Assembly: GCA_028534125.1 (NCBI GenBank)
Contig: CM052816.1
Coordinates: 32,490,001 to 32,554,000 of the forward strand
Length of the DNA: 64,000 nucleotides
Source: Lama glama
Lineage: Eukaryota
Direction of reading: 5' to 3'
In this document: one piece after another, positions 13,942 through 27,384 of the stretch
Layout of the letters: every line of letters starts with the position of its first letter
How positions within the stretch are numbered: position 1 is the first letter of the stretch
Translations under genes and position numbers: made by a program
The notes under the pieces: generated by a model
Told to the model about the DNA's origin: nothing
Databases searched by the model: none
The model's input: the letters and a program-made list of their open reading frames with translations, nothing else

Positions 13942-14076
13942 CGAGGGGACAGTATAGCTCAGTGGTAGAGTGTGTACTTAACACACACAAGGTCCTGGGT
14001 TCAATCCCCAGTACCTTGTTAAATAAATAAATAAACAAACCTGATTACCTCCCCCACCAAAATAAAAATAATTTAA
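13942..14076 (+). mobile_element. Full-length tRNA-derived camelid SINE (vic-1 type)
   Basis: A box tagctcagtggtagag, B box gggttcaatcccc, A-rich tail. 14-bp TSD aaaatat(t/c)caggtg at 13928-13941 and 14077-14090. Confidence 0.92.
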
Positions 14077-16762
14077 AAAATATCCAGGTGTACAGTAAGT
14101 ATTGTTAAAACTTCCATTGAATGGGTTGGCTCACATTTTCTTATGGGCAACATTTAACTGCATATGGTCTTACTCTATGAAGTAGGCTTAAAGAAGAAAA
14201 TAATAGAATATCCTCCCCCTGCCAAAAACAAACAAAAAAAAAAAGGAGTATCCAACAAGCCAAAACACTCCTGAGTCTAAGAAAGAACAAACCACTTAAA
14301 AAAAGAAAACAAAGAAAGAAAAAAGAACACACCACTTCATTCTCCCTTCCCTACCAAATCAATCATTCAGGTTGTGGAAAATAGGGAATCTAATTGATTT
14401 TCCTGGGCCCTGTCCACTCTGTAGGGGAAGAACAAGCCACCATAATCTGTGAAGCCTGAGTAATGAAAAGCTGATTGTGGCTCCAGGCTAGATAAACCAG
14501 ACTCAATTGCCAGAGGTGAAAATTTGCACCTGTCATCACAGCCACCTTAGACATAACTCATCAGACTTTCAGAGCTAGAAGGAAACTTGGCTATTTAATC
14601 TAATGGTCAAATGCTTGTATCAAACATACAATTAACATATTCACTACCCAGGGTCTGCAGAATCATTTCCTCATCCTTCACTCAGTAAAGAACTAAAAGT
14701 TCCTGTGTAAGAGGAAACTATTTCTCAGTCAGGGGTCTCTCATTAATTTTGAAGTTTTTTTAAACGTTGCCCCTGCATGCACTGACACAACCAGAAATAC
14801 CAGAATCACATAATAGCAAATATATATGTTGATTATAGATGCTTTATTCTCAGACCAAAAGTTTTAATTTATGGGGAAGTATAAAATGTGTTAGTAATCA
14901 ATATAAAAATTGCAGATGTTTCTAAATATTTGAGTTCTTACTCTTATTCCTTTTTCTGCCTGCAGTAGGAATCTAACACAATCTAACATGAAAATGCAGC
15001 CAAATTGACCCAAGTAATGTCAATGACTCTTTGGTGGAAAAGAGATTAGCCAAAAACATGAGCCGAACTCTTTGTCAAATGCATTCAGCAAGACTCAAAA
15101 TACTACAGATTAAGCCATCTTGGTTCACCATTCTTAGTTGAATATGCTTAAAAAACTAGCAACCTGGCATGTCTAATAAGCCATGGATTCCATTCAGAGC
15201 AGCAGAATTTATTAAATGTAGGGGGAAATGGTGCATTCTGTTGTAACTTTGCTACAACAGGCAGAAAGCACAAAATTACCTAAGCATTTGAGGACAAAGG
15301 GGGAAACACGCATTGGTAAAGACAAAACAGAGGTAAACCTGTTTTCTGCTTTGTGCTAAAAACCACAGCAGTCTTTGTCAGGAACGTGGCTTTTCTCAAC
15401 TCAGCAGTGACTGAAACAAGTGGGGAAAGCACAAGGAGGACCCAGTGATCTATGAACAAGTTGAACGTGAAATCACCACTTTTCCCCTGGGGGAAAAAAA
15501 GGTCCCTGTGTCATTCTCAACTTTTCAATGACTTCAGATGGGAAGCATTTTAAAACAAGAATCAATTCACAATGAAACTTTTCAAAATAATAATTTTTTA
15601 AGTAAAGCAATCGACTATGCTCATCTGTATTCAGTAGCCCTGATTCTCATACTTGAAGAAAATGTTGTTTCAGGGCATAAATACTGCTCATCTTTTTAAA
15701 ATAACCTTTTAAAGAAAGAAAACTGGTTTCCTAGAGAGCAGTTAGTAATACACTCATTCAAACACAACTACCAAAATATTACAATGGTAGTTAAATGTTG
15801 GATCACCTATCTTTCTCCCTAGCATGTGTGGGCGCACGCGGGGGCACACACACACACGTGGTTCACCCTCAAATGAGAGGAAACCTCAAGAATTTTTAAC
15901 CTGAAAACATGCAAGAAGCCCAAGTTTTTTCACCACATTCACAAAGGAAATTTGTAACCTAAGAAGATTGATCTGCTGTCAACCTGGGGTCTGGTTTCCT
16001 TTATAGCTGTTCTTTGGGAGTTACCATAATGTCTGTGTCAATACTGATGTTTCCATGACATTGTCACAGCCCACTCTCCCCGGGGGCATGTCAGGGCTTA
16101 AAGGCACTCTAAGGGAAAGTTCTTCTGGGTTTGCTGGACAATGATTCTATGAAATAATGATTTATTGAACTTCTTATCATCCTCAGAAAGAGGCTATTCA
16201 GATTCTTACAAAGGCTACATCCTAATGAACTCAATGTCTTCATCACTGAAATTAACCAAAGAATTGCCAGTCTTCATTTTTGACTCATAATTTATTCCAA
16301 GAAAGAATTTTAATGAGTAAATTCTGCCAGGTTTCCAGAGCTAAGTTTCATTTTTCAAACACATCTTCATCAAGTGATGAGGATTATCTAAACTGAACTT
16401 ACCTCTTTGTGCTTGGATAGGCATCCTGACTACTGTGCTACCGGAAATGCAAAGAGATTTATTTTCAGCTATGACCTTCAAAAATTTGAAAAGCTGCACA
16501 TGAAGGTCAATATCAAAAAAAAGAAAAAAAGAGGGAGAGGAAAAGAGGAGAGAGGAAGCTGATAGCTGTTTTCAAAGCAGTCTCTGTCCAACCCAACAAA
16601 TCAGTTTTCTAGTCAGCAAATGCAAATGCAAATAACAAAAAGCCTTTTAAGGAAAACTGTAATTTGTCTCACTGTTCAGAACAGTCTAAGGACATTCTAA
16701 ATCATCATTTCACTTTTCCTTTAATTCTCCATAAGGCTTATTTAGCACTATATGGCTCTGTA

Positions 16763-16950
16763 ATAATAACAGCTAATCTTTATTTGGTATTTCTCATGTT
16801 AGCATGTGCCAGTCACTGTTCTAAGCCCTTACATGTATTATTTCATTCAAACCTCAGAGCAACCTATGAATTGGATAGTATTATTATCCTCATTTCACTG
16901 AAGATGAAACTGAGGCCAAAGGTTACTAGTCAGTAAATGAGAGAGCCACA
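16763..16950 (-). mobile_element. MIR SINE
   Basis: aataataacagctaa...tgtgccagtcactgttctaagcccttacatgtatta...aagatgaaactgaggc. Confidence 0.8.
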
Positions 16951-17569
16951 AGATGATAATTATTAACACTCCATAGCACTTTAAAATATTGCAAGAGTTT
17001 TTTGAGCCATTATCGCCTTTAAGCCTCATAATACTTTGATACTAATGGAATAACAGAAGTATTAGTTCAATTTTACAAACGGAAAAACTAAGACTCGAAA
17101 ACATTGACTTTTGCAAGGTAGGAAATGAAGGAGCTGTAAGAGGAATCCAGATTTTCTGAGTCTGTATTTTCTGCTTCTCTCACTGTACAGGCTGCCTTTC
17201 TCACTGTAGACATTCAACACAAGTATTTTCAAAGATAAATTCTAGATTTCTCAAAGCACAGTGCTAGCTCCAGAGGGTTAAAAGTCTATCTAATTCACCT
17301 TTTTATCCCCCTAATCAAGTGCAGTGCCTGACAACGGGCAGACTAATCCTGTGTATCCCTCAGACACACCTCGTCTCCCTCCACCAAACTCATTTCTCCA
17401 TGTTCATGCTACCCTGCATTCTAGACCACCTTTAGAGCCACAGTTCATCCTCACAGGTCATCATTTGGAGGAGGCCAGAGTCTACGTAAGTCCACAATCC
17501 AGAACCCCAAAAGATGTAAAAACTGAAAGCTTTATCTTTAGTTGAACACCAAAATTCATTTGATGACCA

Positions 17570-18056
17570 TGACAGTCCATCTTCAAGATGGCTCCCAGTG
17601 ATGCGTGACTCCCAGTATTCACACCCTCATGCAGTCTCTTCTCACAACAAGGTTGGCTGCTGTGACCAACAAAATACAGCAGAAGTAACAGGATGTCATA
17701 GACAACTGTGGCTTCCACCTTGGGCTTTCCCTCTAAGATCACTTGCTCTGGAGGGAAGCCAGCTGCCATGTTGTGAGGACACTCAGGAACCTATGAAGAG
17801 GCCCATGGGGTGAGGGACCCCGGCCTGTCAACATGCACGTGAGTGGACTCGGAAGCAGATCCACCATCCCCAGATGACAGATGCCTCAGGCACAGTTTGA
17901 GCGCAGTCTCAGAGAGACCCTGAACCAGAATCATCCACTGAAGCTGCTTCTGGATTCCAGACCCAAAGAATCTGTGGGGGATAAATGCTTGTTCTTTTAA
18001 GCTGCTAAGTTTTGGATGTAACTTGGCACACAGCAAGTTAATAGATAACTAATGCA
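17570..18056 (+). mobile_element. ERVL-MaLR solo LTR (MLT1F/G-like)
   Basis: caagatggctcccagtgat...ctctggagggaagccagctgccatgttgtgagg...ttttaagctgctaagttttgg...gataactaatgca. Confidence 0.85.
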
Positions 18057-18089
18057 GAGACAAAATCTGTTATAAACTGGCAGAAGCAA

Positions 18090-18308
18090 CTTACAGTCTC
18101 TACTTATCCCCACTGACTGTGAATATCCAAGTGATGAGCTACACCAATATTCATGTGCTTGTTTTATGAGGTATTGCCCCAGACCAGGCCAGGGATGTTG
18201 CATAATGGATGGTTTATATACCATATCACCTTGGTGGAATCTGAAAAATGTCGAATCTTCAAACACACCTGGCCCCAAGGGTTTCAGATAAGGCACTGAG
18301 AGCCTATA
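18090..18308 (-). mobile_element. Tigger-like DNA transposon relic (related to 2600-2925)
   Basis: aaacacacctggccccaagggtttcagataagg is approximately the reverse complement of the 2.6 kb element's left end. Confidence 0.5.
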
Positions 18309-18619
18309 TCCATTTCTTCTAAAACACCTTTCCTGATTAGCCCCACCTCAGCATATAAGAAACATAATTTCTTATAAGAATGCCTGTACCTCTTAGAATC
18401 TCCACCATATAACCAGGTACTTGATTACAAATTGTATTGTAATCTCTTGTTTTATAAGTAAATATTTGTCTTTCCATCTAAAAGTTAAACTTCTTTTAAC
18501 TTTTTAAACTTCTTTTAACTGTGAGGCAAACTCCATTCCTCATATTAAACCTAAATTGTCGTTTCTCATGGCATCACCATCTTTAACTGACAGGATTAGT
18601 AAAATAATAAGACAGCAAA

Positions 18620-19017
18620 CTTCTGTCTGTCTCCTGTTTCTTCCTCTCCCCCAAATTACTTTACAACCTAGGACTGCACTTGTCAGCATGAGGACTCTTC
18701 TGAATCATACTGGGGAACAATGTTTTTAAAGCCTCAAGTTTTTAAACATGATTTATATGTTCTCTATAATGTTCAGCTTGTGATTTTTTTAAAGTTTGGA
18801 TGTACAGAGGGTTAAACAGGAAATAGAAGAACTGCTTATTTGGGAGGCTTTTTTACTTACAGTATTTAAAAATGCAAGGGTATGGATGTGAAATTATGTA
18901 AGTTTTATTGAAATGATTAAGAATCTAATCATTGTTGAACAAAAGATTTGTTGCTGTGTAATTATTGTCTTGTATGCATTTGAGAGAATTAAATATATCC
19001 ATTCTTAGGTTTTAAGA

Positions 19018-19050
<33 letters not shown>
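18620..19050 (+). pseudogene. Candidate 5'-truncated processed retrocopy of an mRNA 3'UTR (parent unidentified)
   Basis: T/G-rich UTR-like sequence with several TGTA motifs and ATTAAA at 18988-18993. About 20 nt later an A-rich tail has become (AAT)11. The 5' boundary is uncertain. Confidence 0.45.
19018..19050 (+). repeat. (AAT)11 microsatellite
   Basis: Perfect trinucleotide repeat read directly. Confidence 0.95.
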
Positions 19051-19051
<1 letters not shown>

Positions 19052-21344
19052 GCAACAGTCCTCTATTTCATCATCCCTACCAGCAATCTTGGATGCTACT
19101 GGGTACATAAGCTCTGAATAAATTCTTGTAAAAGTGAGTTCACAAATCCATACCTACAATTATAGACACATAACTTTGGTCCAGACCCCCATACACCCTC
19201 ACTCTCAAAACCAATTTATCTTCAAATTAACTTCCCTAGAACATGATGTAAAAACAGCATCTGAAAGAAAAAGAAGCTGGCTCTCTGAGGAACTCTGGAA
19301 AATTTGCACATCCTCCAAGTGCCCTTGTAAACAGCAGCAGATGCATGGAATAATCGTTATCAGGGGAAAAGATCTATTAGCCTCTTGATGACTGGCCCAT
19401 CTGAAACCTTGCCACAAAAGAGCAATTTTTCCTTTCTATTTTCCTCTTTCGCCCCCTCTCTCAGGCAATAAGAAGGGTCACTAATCAGTTTTTAATTTTC
19501 TTTCCTGGAGAAATACCAGAATGGAGCTCCAAGAATTCAGCATAAAGACTTTATAAAATAAAGACAAAGGAAAAACTCTGAGTGATAGGAACTCTAAAAC
19601 CATGGCACTTAATATTCTAGGCCTGTTAAATAAATAAGCGTTTTCCACAAAGCCAAAAAATTAAAATGCAATGCAGTTAGTATCATTCTGAAAAGAAATT
19701 CCACATAAGCAAACTCCTTTTCAAAATGGGGGGTGTTGGGGGGAGGCGGATTCTCTGGGACAAAAGAGTCTCTCCCTTATATAATCTACCCAGAAAGAGT
19801 TCCACAAAATCAAATGCCAAGACTGCAGAAGGTCATCAAGCCAGATGTAGGCCTATAAAGACTTAATTTAAGGGGCAGAGGGAGGGAACAGGGAGGGATT
19901 GGGAGCATGGGAGGAGATGGGATTGGCAGTAAATCTCAACAATTTTCAATAAATTCTGACCTCTTCCTCTATAATCAGCTCTCAGCCCTTCCTCCCTTGT
20001 AGTCTGCAAAGAAACTGAGGGAGGGTGAGCACTGAGAAATGACCAGATGAGAAATCAAGAGATGGGGTTCTAGGACCATGTGCCTGGGCTCTGGCAAATC
20101 ACTGCCCCTCGCTAGGTCCCTGTTCCCTCAGCCTTGGAATGGAAGGCTGGAGTACATGGTTCTCAATGTCCATGTCTAGTCTAACTTTCTATCATAAGTG
20201 AAACCCAGTCTGTTGTAACTCATGTCATCTCTTTCACATTTTCCCCGCGGTGTCTGCTGCACTTTCAGTCAGCATCATGGGGCTCAATTAACTGAGGACA
20301 TGTGACTACACACAGGCTTGGTGCAGAGAACCAGACAGCTGAACTACTGGGCAAAAGAATGGCTGGCAGGAAAAAGCAATGACAAGTAGGAACGAGTTTG
20401 GGTGAAAGATTTTGTCACACACAGTTGTGGCATTATCTGAATTCTAGACGCTTGAGATTTTCTTCACAAAGGAAACTGCCTGTAGCCTATATATCTCGTG
20501 GGATTTGTCAAGTGTTTGAAAGCTACCTATTTTAAAAATGTACAATCCAGACAAAAGCTGTAAAGCTTATATTATGACAGTTTCAATAACACTAAGATTT
20601 GCTACCATTTCCCTCAGTCACAGGGGATGTCAGTCCAATTCCAGGAGGCCACACTTGCTCTCTAGGCTTTAGCTCGCAATCCTGGAAGTTCAAGGCTGAA
20701 AGGAAGTCACAGGTGTTGGGGGAGGGTGTGTGTGTTCAGAAGTTGTCTTGTAGCCACCTACATTGTTTTCCCAGGAGGAAAACCCTGCACATTGTACTGC
20801 TCAGGACAAGTCTCAAGCAATTTCTCTGTGCTGCAAAGTCATAGATGAAAACCACATACCTATTTAAATGATATTAGCTTTTCTAACTTGCTACACCTTC
20901 ACCTACTAAAACTAACAAACAAAGTTATTCATAAAACATATGCAAGTACCTTTTCTCCAGCCCTCCATCAAGTGATTTAGACAAAGAGCCTGGAAGGACC
21001 AAAGGCAAATCCTTTACATAACATAAACAGCAATACTCAAAGCTTACAGAAAAGATTTTGGAAATCTAAATATTCCACAACCAAGGTTTCAAGTTACAAA
21101 AGCAACAGCAGCATGACTAAAACAATCCTTCTATCAGTCCTTCCTCAAATACGACAAATATTTACTGAGCACAACATACCTGCTACTCTTCTAGGTTCTC
21201 CAGGACTTAACAGTGAATAAAATACACAATGCTTTACTGCCCCCCCTACAAGGTTTACTGAAAATTATGCTCAAAATATTAAATGTCAAATGTATTTTAA
21301 CTGGGAGTGTTTCCTCTGCTCAATTACATATGCCTACCTTACCA

Positions 21345-22638
21345 AAGAACTAGTAAAAATAAACAAAATGCAGAGATAAGCACGTCAAACAACAGAATAG
21401 AATTAGGAGTCCAGAAATTAATCTTCACATTTATTGTCAACTGATATTTGATAATAGTGCCAAGACAATTCAACGGGGGAAAAACAGTTTTTTTAACAAA
21501 TGAGCTGAGACAACTGGATACCCACATGTAAAAGAGCAAAGAATAAATCATAGACCTAAACGTAAGAGCTAAAGTCATAAAATCCTTAGGAAAAAAAAAA
21601 ATATGAGTAAATCTTCATAATCTTGGGGTAGCAACGGTCACTCAGATATGACCTCCAAAAGTACAGGAAACAGAAGGATAAAGTGGACTCTATCAAAATT
21701 TAAAACTTTTGTGCATGAAAGGACACTGTCAAGAAAGTTAAAAAACAACCCCAAGTCAAATATCTGGTAAGAAATTTTTATACAGAATATAAACAGTTTT
21801 TTAAAACTTACACGCAATGATAAAAAGAAAAATAATCCCAATTTTTCAAAAGAATAGAATAGCTATTTCTCCAAAGAAGAGTCACAAATGGCCAATAAGT
21901 CCATGAAAAGATGCTCAACATCATTATATGGCAGGAAAATGCAAATCAAATTAACAATTAGATACCACTTCACACCCAATAGGATAGTTATAATAAAAAA
22001 GACCTTATAACAAGTGTTGGTGAGAATCTGGGGAAACTGGGACCCTTAGACACTGCTGGTGGGAATGTAAAATGGTGCAGCCACTGTGGAAAACAGTTTG
22101 CAGGTTCCTCAAACTGTTAAACCTATAACCCAGCAATTCCACTCCTAGGATATATGAAAGACAAATTAAAACATATGTCCACATAAAGACTTGTCCATGA
22201 ATCTTCATAGCAAAATTATTTATAATAGCCAAAGTCCACCAACTGATGGATTAATATGGTATATCCATAGAATGGAATATTATTCAGCAATAAAGTGGCA
22301 TAAATACTGATACATACCATTATGAATGAACCTTGAAAACATGCAAATAAAGCCAGTCCCACAAAGGCCACATATTGTATGAATCCATTTATATGAAATG
22401 TTCAGAATATGTAAATTAGTAGAAGCAGAAAGATGAGTGGTGGAAGGGCTGGAAGAAAATGGGAAGTGACTGGTAATAACTATGAGGTTTCTTTCTAGAG
22501 TGATGAAATGTTCTAAAATTGATTGTGATGATGGTTGCACAACACTGCAAATATATGAAAAACCATGGAATTGCACATCTTAAATGGGTGAATTGTATGA
22601 TACATGATTTGTATCTCGATAAAACTGTGTTTAAAAAT
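21345..22638 (+). mobile_element. L1 (L1MB-like) ORF2 3' part and 3'UTR
   Basis: aatggccaataagtccatgaaaagatgctcaacatc...gctggtgggaatgtaaaatggtgcagccactgtggaaaacag...ttaaatgggtgaattgtatg...tatctcgataaaactg. Confidence 0.92.
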
Positions 22639-24539
22639 TAAATAACTAATTAATTAAGGAGTATAATTCCTTTGTATTCACGGAATCTAGAAAGTAAAAA
22701 GGAGAAAGATGTCTTTTCTTTCTCAGATTCATTAGTTTACGTCAATCTGGAGGTACCTTTTCTTATTCAGATTAATTCATCCAGTCAACAACTCCTTAGG
22801 AACTGGGCTTGACTTGGAGATGCCATTAAAAAAGACCCCTCCCTCAAGGCTTTGCACCTCATTTAACAATATAACTACCACTCCTTAGGCGTGGTGCTAA
22901 GGGTTTCACGTGCAGTATTTCACGATAAGGTGGGAGGGCTTTCCCTTAATTGTATGAGGAAGATGAGGAAGCCACTCTAAGAGAGTAAATGACTTGGCCA
23001 CTAAACCATGGAAGAGAAACTTAGAGCCACATTTATCTATGATCAAGTCTGTGCCCTCTTTATCTTACTGTACTCCTTCCAGGAGAAGGTGGGCAGGAAA
23101 TTACAGAAACTTGCGCAATGACACGCAGGCTTGATTCGGGTCAGAAATGGGTCTCTCCAGTGCTCCACCAAGAAGTCTTCAGAGAAGGTGGCAGCTGAGC
23201 AGAACCCTGCTTGATGAGAGAGGTGAGACTTCACTTAAACAAGAGGAGGTGGGTTGGGACTTTCCTGGCAGAAGAAGCTTTGGATGAGAGGGGATGTGGA
23301 GAATTCAGACTAGAAAGTAGCTCAGTTTGCCTAGAATCTGTGACAGCTATAAGGCAGTGGTGGGAGAAAGGTCAGAGAAGGGTGGGGTCTGATCACGCAG
23401 GGCCCGGTGCAGCCACCATGCTCAGGAACATAAAGGAAGCTGCACAGGTTGGGAAGCTGAGGGAGCATCCAAGCCCGGATGTGAAAGACCACTCTAGAGG
23501 TAGTCAAAGGGCATTGTGCTGGTGGCCTGCAGCTGTGCAGCTGAGAACAGGCCGGAGGATGGGGGGTAGGGGGTGGACTCTAGATGAGGGCAGGAGCACA
23601 AAGAGGAGGGGAGAAGAGACAAAGCTGGAAGGTATTCAAGTGGTGGAATTCCAACTCCAGGAAGGATGTGGACATTTAAGGAGAGCCCAGGTGCCCAAAT
23701 CCTGAGCAGAGGGGTCGAGGGGACACCTACAACTCCCTCCTTCCTTCCTGACTAAACCCCTCCCCAGTACAGCCATTTGACTTAGGGAAACTGATTCCAT
23801 CTCCACCCAGTCTCAGGGAGAATCTGTTGCCCTAAAGATGGTGCCATTGCCATGATGGCCCAAGAACAGCCACAATACTCATTCTCCAAAAAGACACCAG
23901 GGAAAGTCTGCTGCGGAACTTCTGGAAGAGGATTCTTCTCTCCTAAAATAAAAAGAGCCTGTCTCTACTCCCACCTTACATATTGTCATGTACAAATATC
24001 ATCTCTAGAACCATTTACCCATCTGCGACTACCTGCACAGGACCCTGACTTCCAGAAGACAGAGCACAGAAGAGATGGAGAGAAGCTGGGAACCTGAGGT
24101 GAGCAAATAAAATTCCTCATGTTAAAACAGTTTGCAGTGGAATCTCTGTAACTAAGAATCAAAGCATCTCAACTCATCAAGATGGAGTGTGGCCTCATTC
24201 ACAAACTAGGCAGCCCAGGGAAAGTCTAGAGGGAACAGAAGGGTCATGAAGGTGGGCTTAGACACCTCCTTAAACAGTGGGATCTCCATGAGGCAATCAG
24301 AAATACAAATCAGATAAGAAGAAGGAAGTCTGGACTAGGGGTACAGATGCATAGTTTCAGCATTCCAGTGGTAGCTGAGGCGATGGGAGTAAACACAGAG
24401 GTCTTAAAAGGCACTGTTATCTATGAATATCAAACCACCACTGCCCCCTCACCCTGACTTCTAACAACCACCCTTGCCTCTCAGAGAGCCAGCACCACTT
24501 TGCGCAGGGGAGTTACTAGCAAATAATAGATCATACATA

Positions 24540-24725
24540 GTAATAGTTTTCATTTATTGAGCACCTTTTATCCCATGGGCCTAAAATTCTTTTCTCAAAT
24601 TCTCACAATCATCCCGTGAGGCAGGTATCACACCCCTCAGTTTACAAATGAGGAACGGGGGGATAATCAAAGAGTCCTCTGGTCGATTTCAAGAACAGTC
24701 ACTGCGGGGCAGACCAGGACTTAAA
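24540..24725 (-). mobile_element. MIR SINE
   Basis: catttattgagcacc...ctcacaatcatcccgtgaggcaggta...ttttacaaatgaggaac. Confidence 0.65.
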
Positions 24726-26984
24726 CACAGGGCAGGCATGGGGGAAGAGGAGAGACTGATGATCAAACAGCACCCAGTTAGGAGGCTGATTCTGGTGCAA
24801 AGTGGGAGCAGTGAGGATGGTGGAGAAAACCCCATTTTGACAAGTGACAATTAAGCCCACAGAGGCTTCTCAAATACAGCTCTGAATGAAGGGCAAGGCG
24901 GGACTTGAGTGGTTTAAAAACTCAAACGGTCCCCGTGGGCTAGCTCAGGAACTTCATTCACGTCACTGTTCCTATGGGAAGCTGTATTCTAAACAAGGTA
25001 CTTTCTAACCAACTTCCGGGACACCATGCCCACCCAGCTGGGACTCTCTCCCAGCATTACTAACTGTGCGTTCTCATGTGCTCAGAGGGCAGCACTTCTG
25101 AACAATCCGCCACTGCGTTTGGTTTCCTCCTTGGTCTTGGTTGGCCGATTCCTCCCCTGCCATCTGACCTTTCGGTCACTGTCAGTGGGGCTAGCTAGCA
25201 GCCAGCACCTTTCAGGTTTCCTTGCCAGCCACCACCTCCCTTGTTCTAACTTCCTCTTGGCCTGTCAATATCCTTGAAACAAACTTCTCACTGTCTGGGA
25301 AACTAAGAGAGCCTCTGGAAGAGCCGTCTCAGCCTCTGGGGACGCCGCAAGAGTGTTCAGTTACAGAGAAGTGGATTAACCGTAGGCGGCACTAAGGCAA
25401 AGTGGCTGTTTCACTTAGGAAAAAAAGAAAACAGGAAATATATACATGGTTCAGAGGGCACAGGAATGCAATCCACATTTCTGAGACTGGTAGACTCTCC
25501 AAAGTGTGGTTTCAGGCTTTTGAGTCACAAACTAAACTGGCTGGTTCCTGACCTTAACACACCTAGTCTAGATCTAAACAAATGATAACAGATGCCTGGT
25601 TAACCTTAATATATGAGACTCAGAAACAAATCTTGTTTGGATTTGATGCAGAAGCAAATGGCAGTTCCTCTTTACAACCCAAAGCAGGATGACCAAGAGC
25701 ATTATGCACCAGCTTTACTCGCGGCAAAAACATCAGAGACAAAGCTTGGCCTAAGCAGTCAATCTCAAAGAAGCCAGAAGGTTACGGCGAATCGGATGTC
25801 TGACTTCTCCCGTTTATAACAACAGGCCTGCAGAAAAATCCATTGTGCGTCAGAATATAAAACTTATCATTTGTCATAAAAACACAGTATTTAACTTACT
25901 GACCCTGTCTTTTCTATTATGCCTTAGAGCCGCATCAGATGGTGTTTATGTCACTTAAAGAGTGTAATGGGTGGTAAAGCAAGATTAAAAATTACACCAA
26001 TGGTCCCCAATTGTGTAAACCTACACTATGAAACCAATTGACACTGTTCTCCCGTGGTTTACAGAATAGGAGACAAGGAAGAAAAGCAACTCAAGCGTGA
26101 GGATCTATAAACCACTCTCGAAATATGCCTGTCTCCCAAAAGACTCTCAAGTTGTAAGGAGAAAGTTATATGTTACAAAAAAGAGAAAGAGAGGGAAAGA
26201 CTTAGCATTTACCTCCACAATACAAGAATGGTGTAACTCATGTTTTCTGAAATAGCTGCTAGTCAGCTCTTCAATGCGCTGCATGCATTCAGTCCACTGC
26301 ACCATCTCATTTTCTAGCCATTATCAACGTAAAAATTAGAGTATCTTGGCAACAGATTTTTCACAGTGAGATTCACTTTATTCTAGGATCCTTTCAAGTA
26401 AAAATAAAATGGCAGAAGAACCTCATTATCCAGGAGATTTTCAATATGGCCTATTCCAACGATAACATTCCATTCTTTCCTCTATTCAAATTATAGCAAA
26501 TAAGCATCTATTACATGTGGTGTACAGCTCTAGCTGCTGGGGATCACAGGTAAGGGCTCTCAAGCTTCTGGAGGAGACAGACGTGTCCAGAAAGAACACT
26601 TGCAATGTGACAAGTGCTATAACAGGATGTGTACGAGGCACGGACACTCTGCCAGGTCTGGCTGGGTTGAAGGCTTTTGAACAGATGCGACACTTGATTC
26701 AAGCCTCAAAGAGTGAGTTCTGATGAGTGTGTGCTCAGGGGAAGGTAAAAGGGTACCACTCAGCAGGAATCCCACGTACAAGGCACGAGAGAGTCTGGTA
26801 TGTTCGGGAGACTCAGCAGTTCTGCGTGCCCAAAGAGTGAGTCCTTAGCATGGGCACACAGACTTGCTGAAGGTCTAGATCAGGTAGGGGTCTAACTCAA
26901 ACAATGAAGGTTGGACTTTGTATGTAGACAGAAATGAAGCACTAAAAGGAGGAGGAGAGGATGAGGAAAGGAGAAAGATGCAAG

Positions 26985-27190
26985 TTAACATTGTCTGGGT
27001 GCTTACTATATGCAAGGCACCTTAACTTAGGAAGTGGGTACTATTTTGTCCCCATTTTATAGATGAAGATAAGTTACAGATCAGAGAAGGTAAGTATCTT
27101 TCTGAAGAACCCACAGCTAGTTAGTAATCAGTGGAGCCAAAATGTAAACCCAAGTGTTCTGACTCTAGAGGCCATGCTTTTAATCACTTC
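26985..27190 (-). mobile_element. MIR SINE
   Basis: gcttactatatgcaaggcac...cccattttatagatgaag...cacagctagttagt...ggagcc...ctgactctagag. Confidence 0.75.
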
Positions 27191-27384
27191 AGTACATTAC
27201 TCCTAGAATAAGAATGTTAAGCAAGTTAAGGATATAGATAACATCTTGTTTTCACTGACCTAAAAAGTACATGACTCACCTTTCTAAAAGAGAAAAAAGA
27301 GGGCATCCAAAAGTTAGTCTGCATCCAGTATGGAAGACTGTGCACACAAAACAGAAGAATAAACGAAGCTGCTACCCTCTATAG

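Noticed and set aside
13942..14015. tRNA-like sequence with A and B boxes
   Set aside because: It has an A-rich tail and TSD and no proper acceptor stem, so it is a SINE rather than a tRNA gene.
18485..18520. Direct repeat ttaaacttcttttaact x2 (similar short duplications at ~37096-37139 and ~42068-42100)
   Set aside because: Simple slippage duplications with no spacer-repeat array. Not CRISPR-like, and the DNA is mammalian.
23211..23705. 164-aa plus-strand ORF
   Set aside because: Purine-rich decayed L2-like sequence with no splice or homology support.
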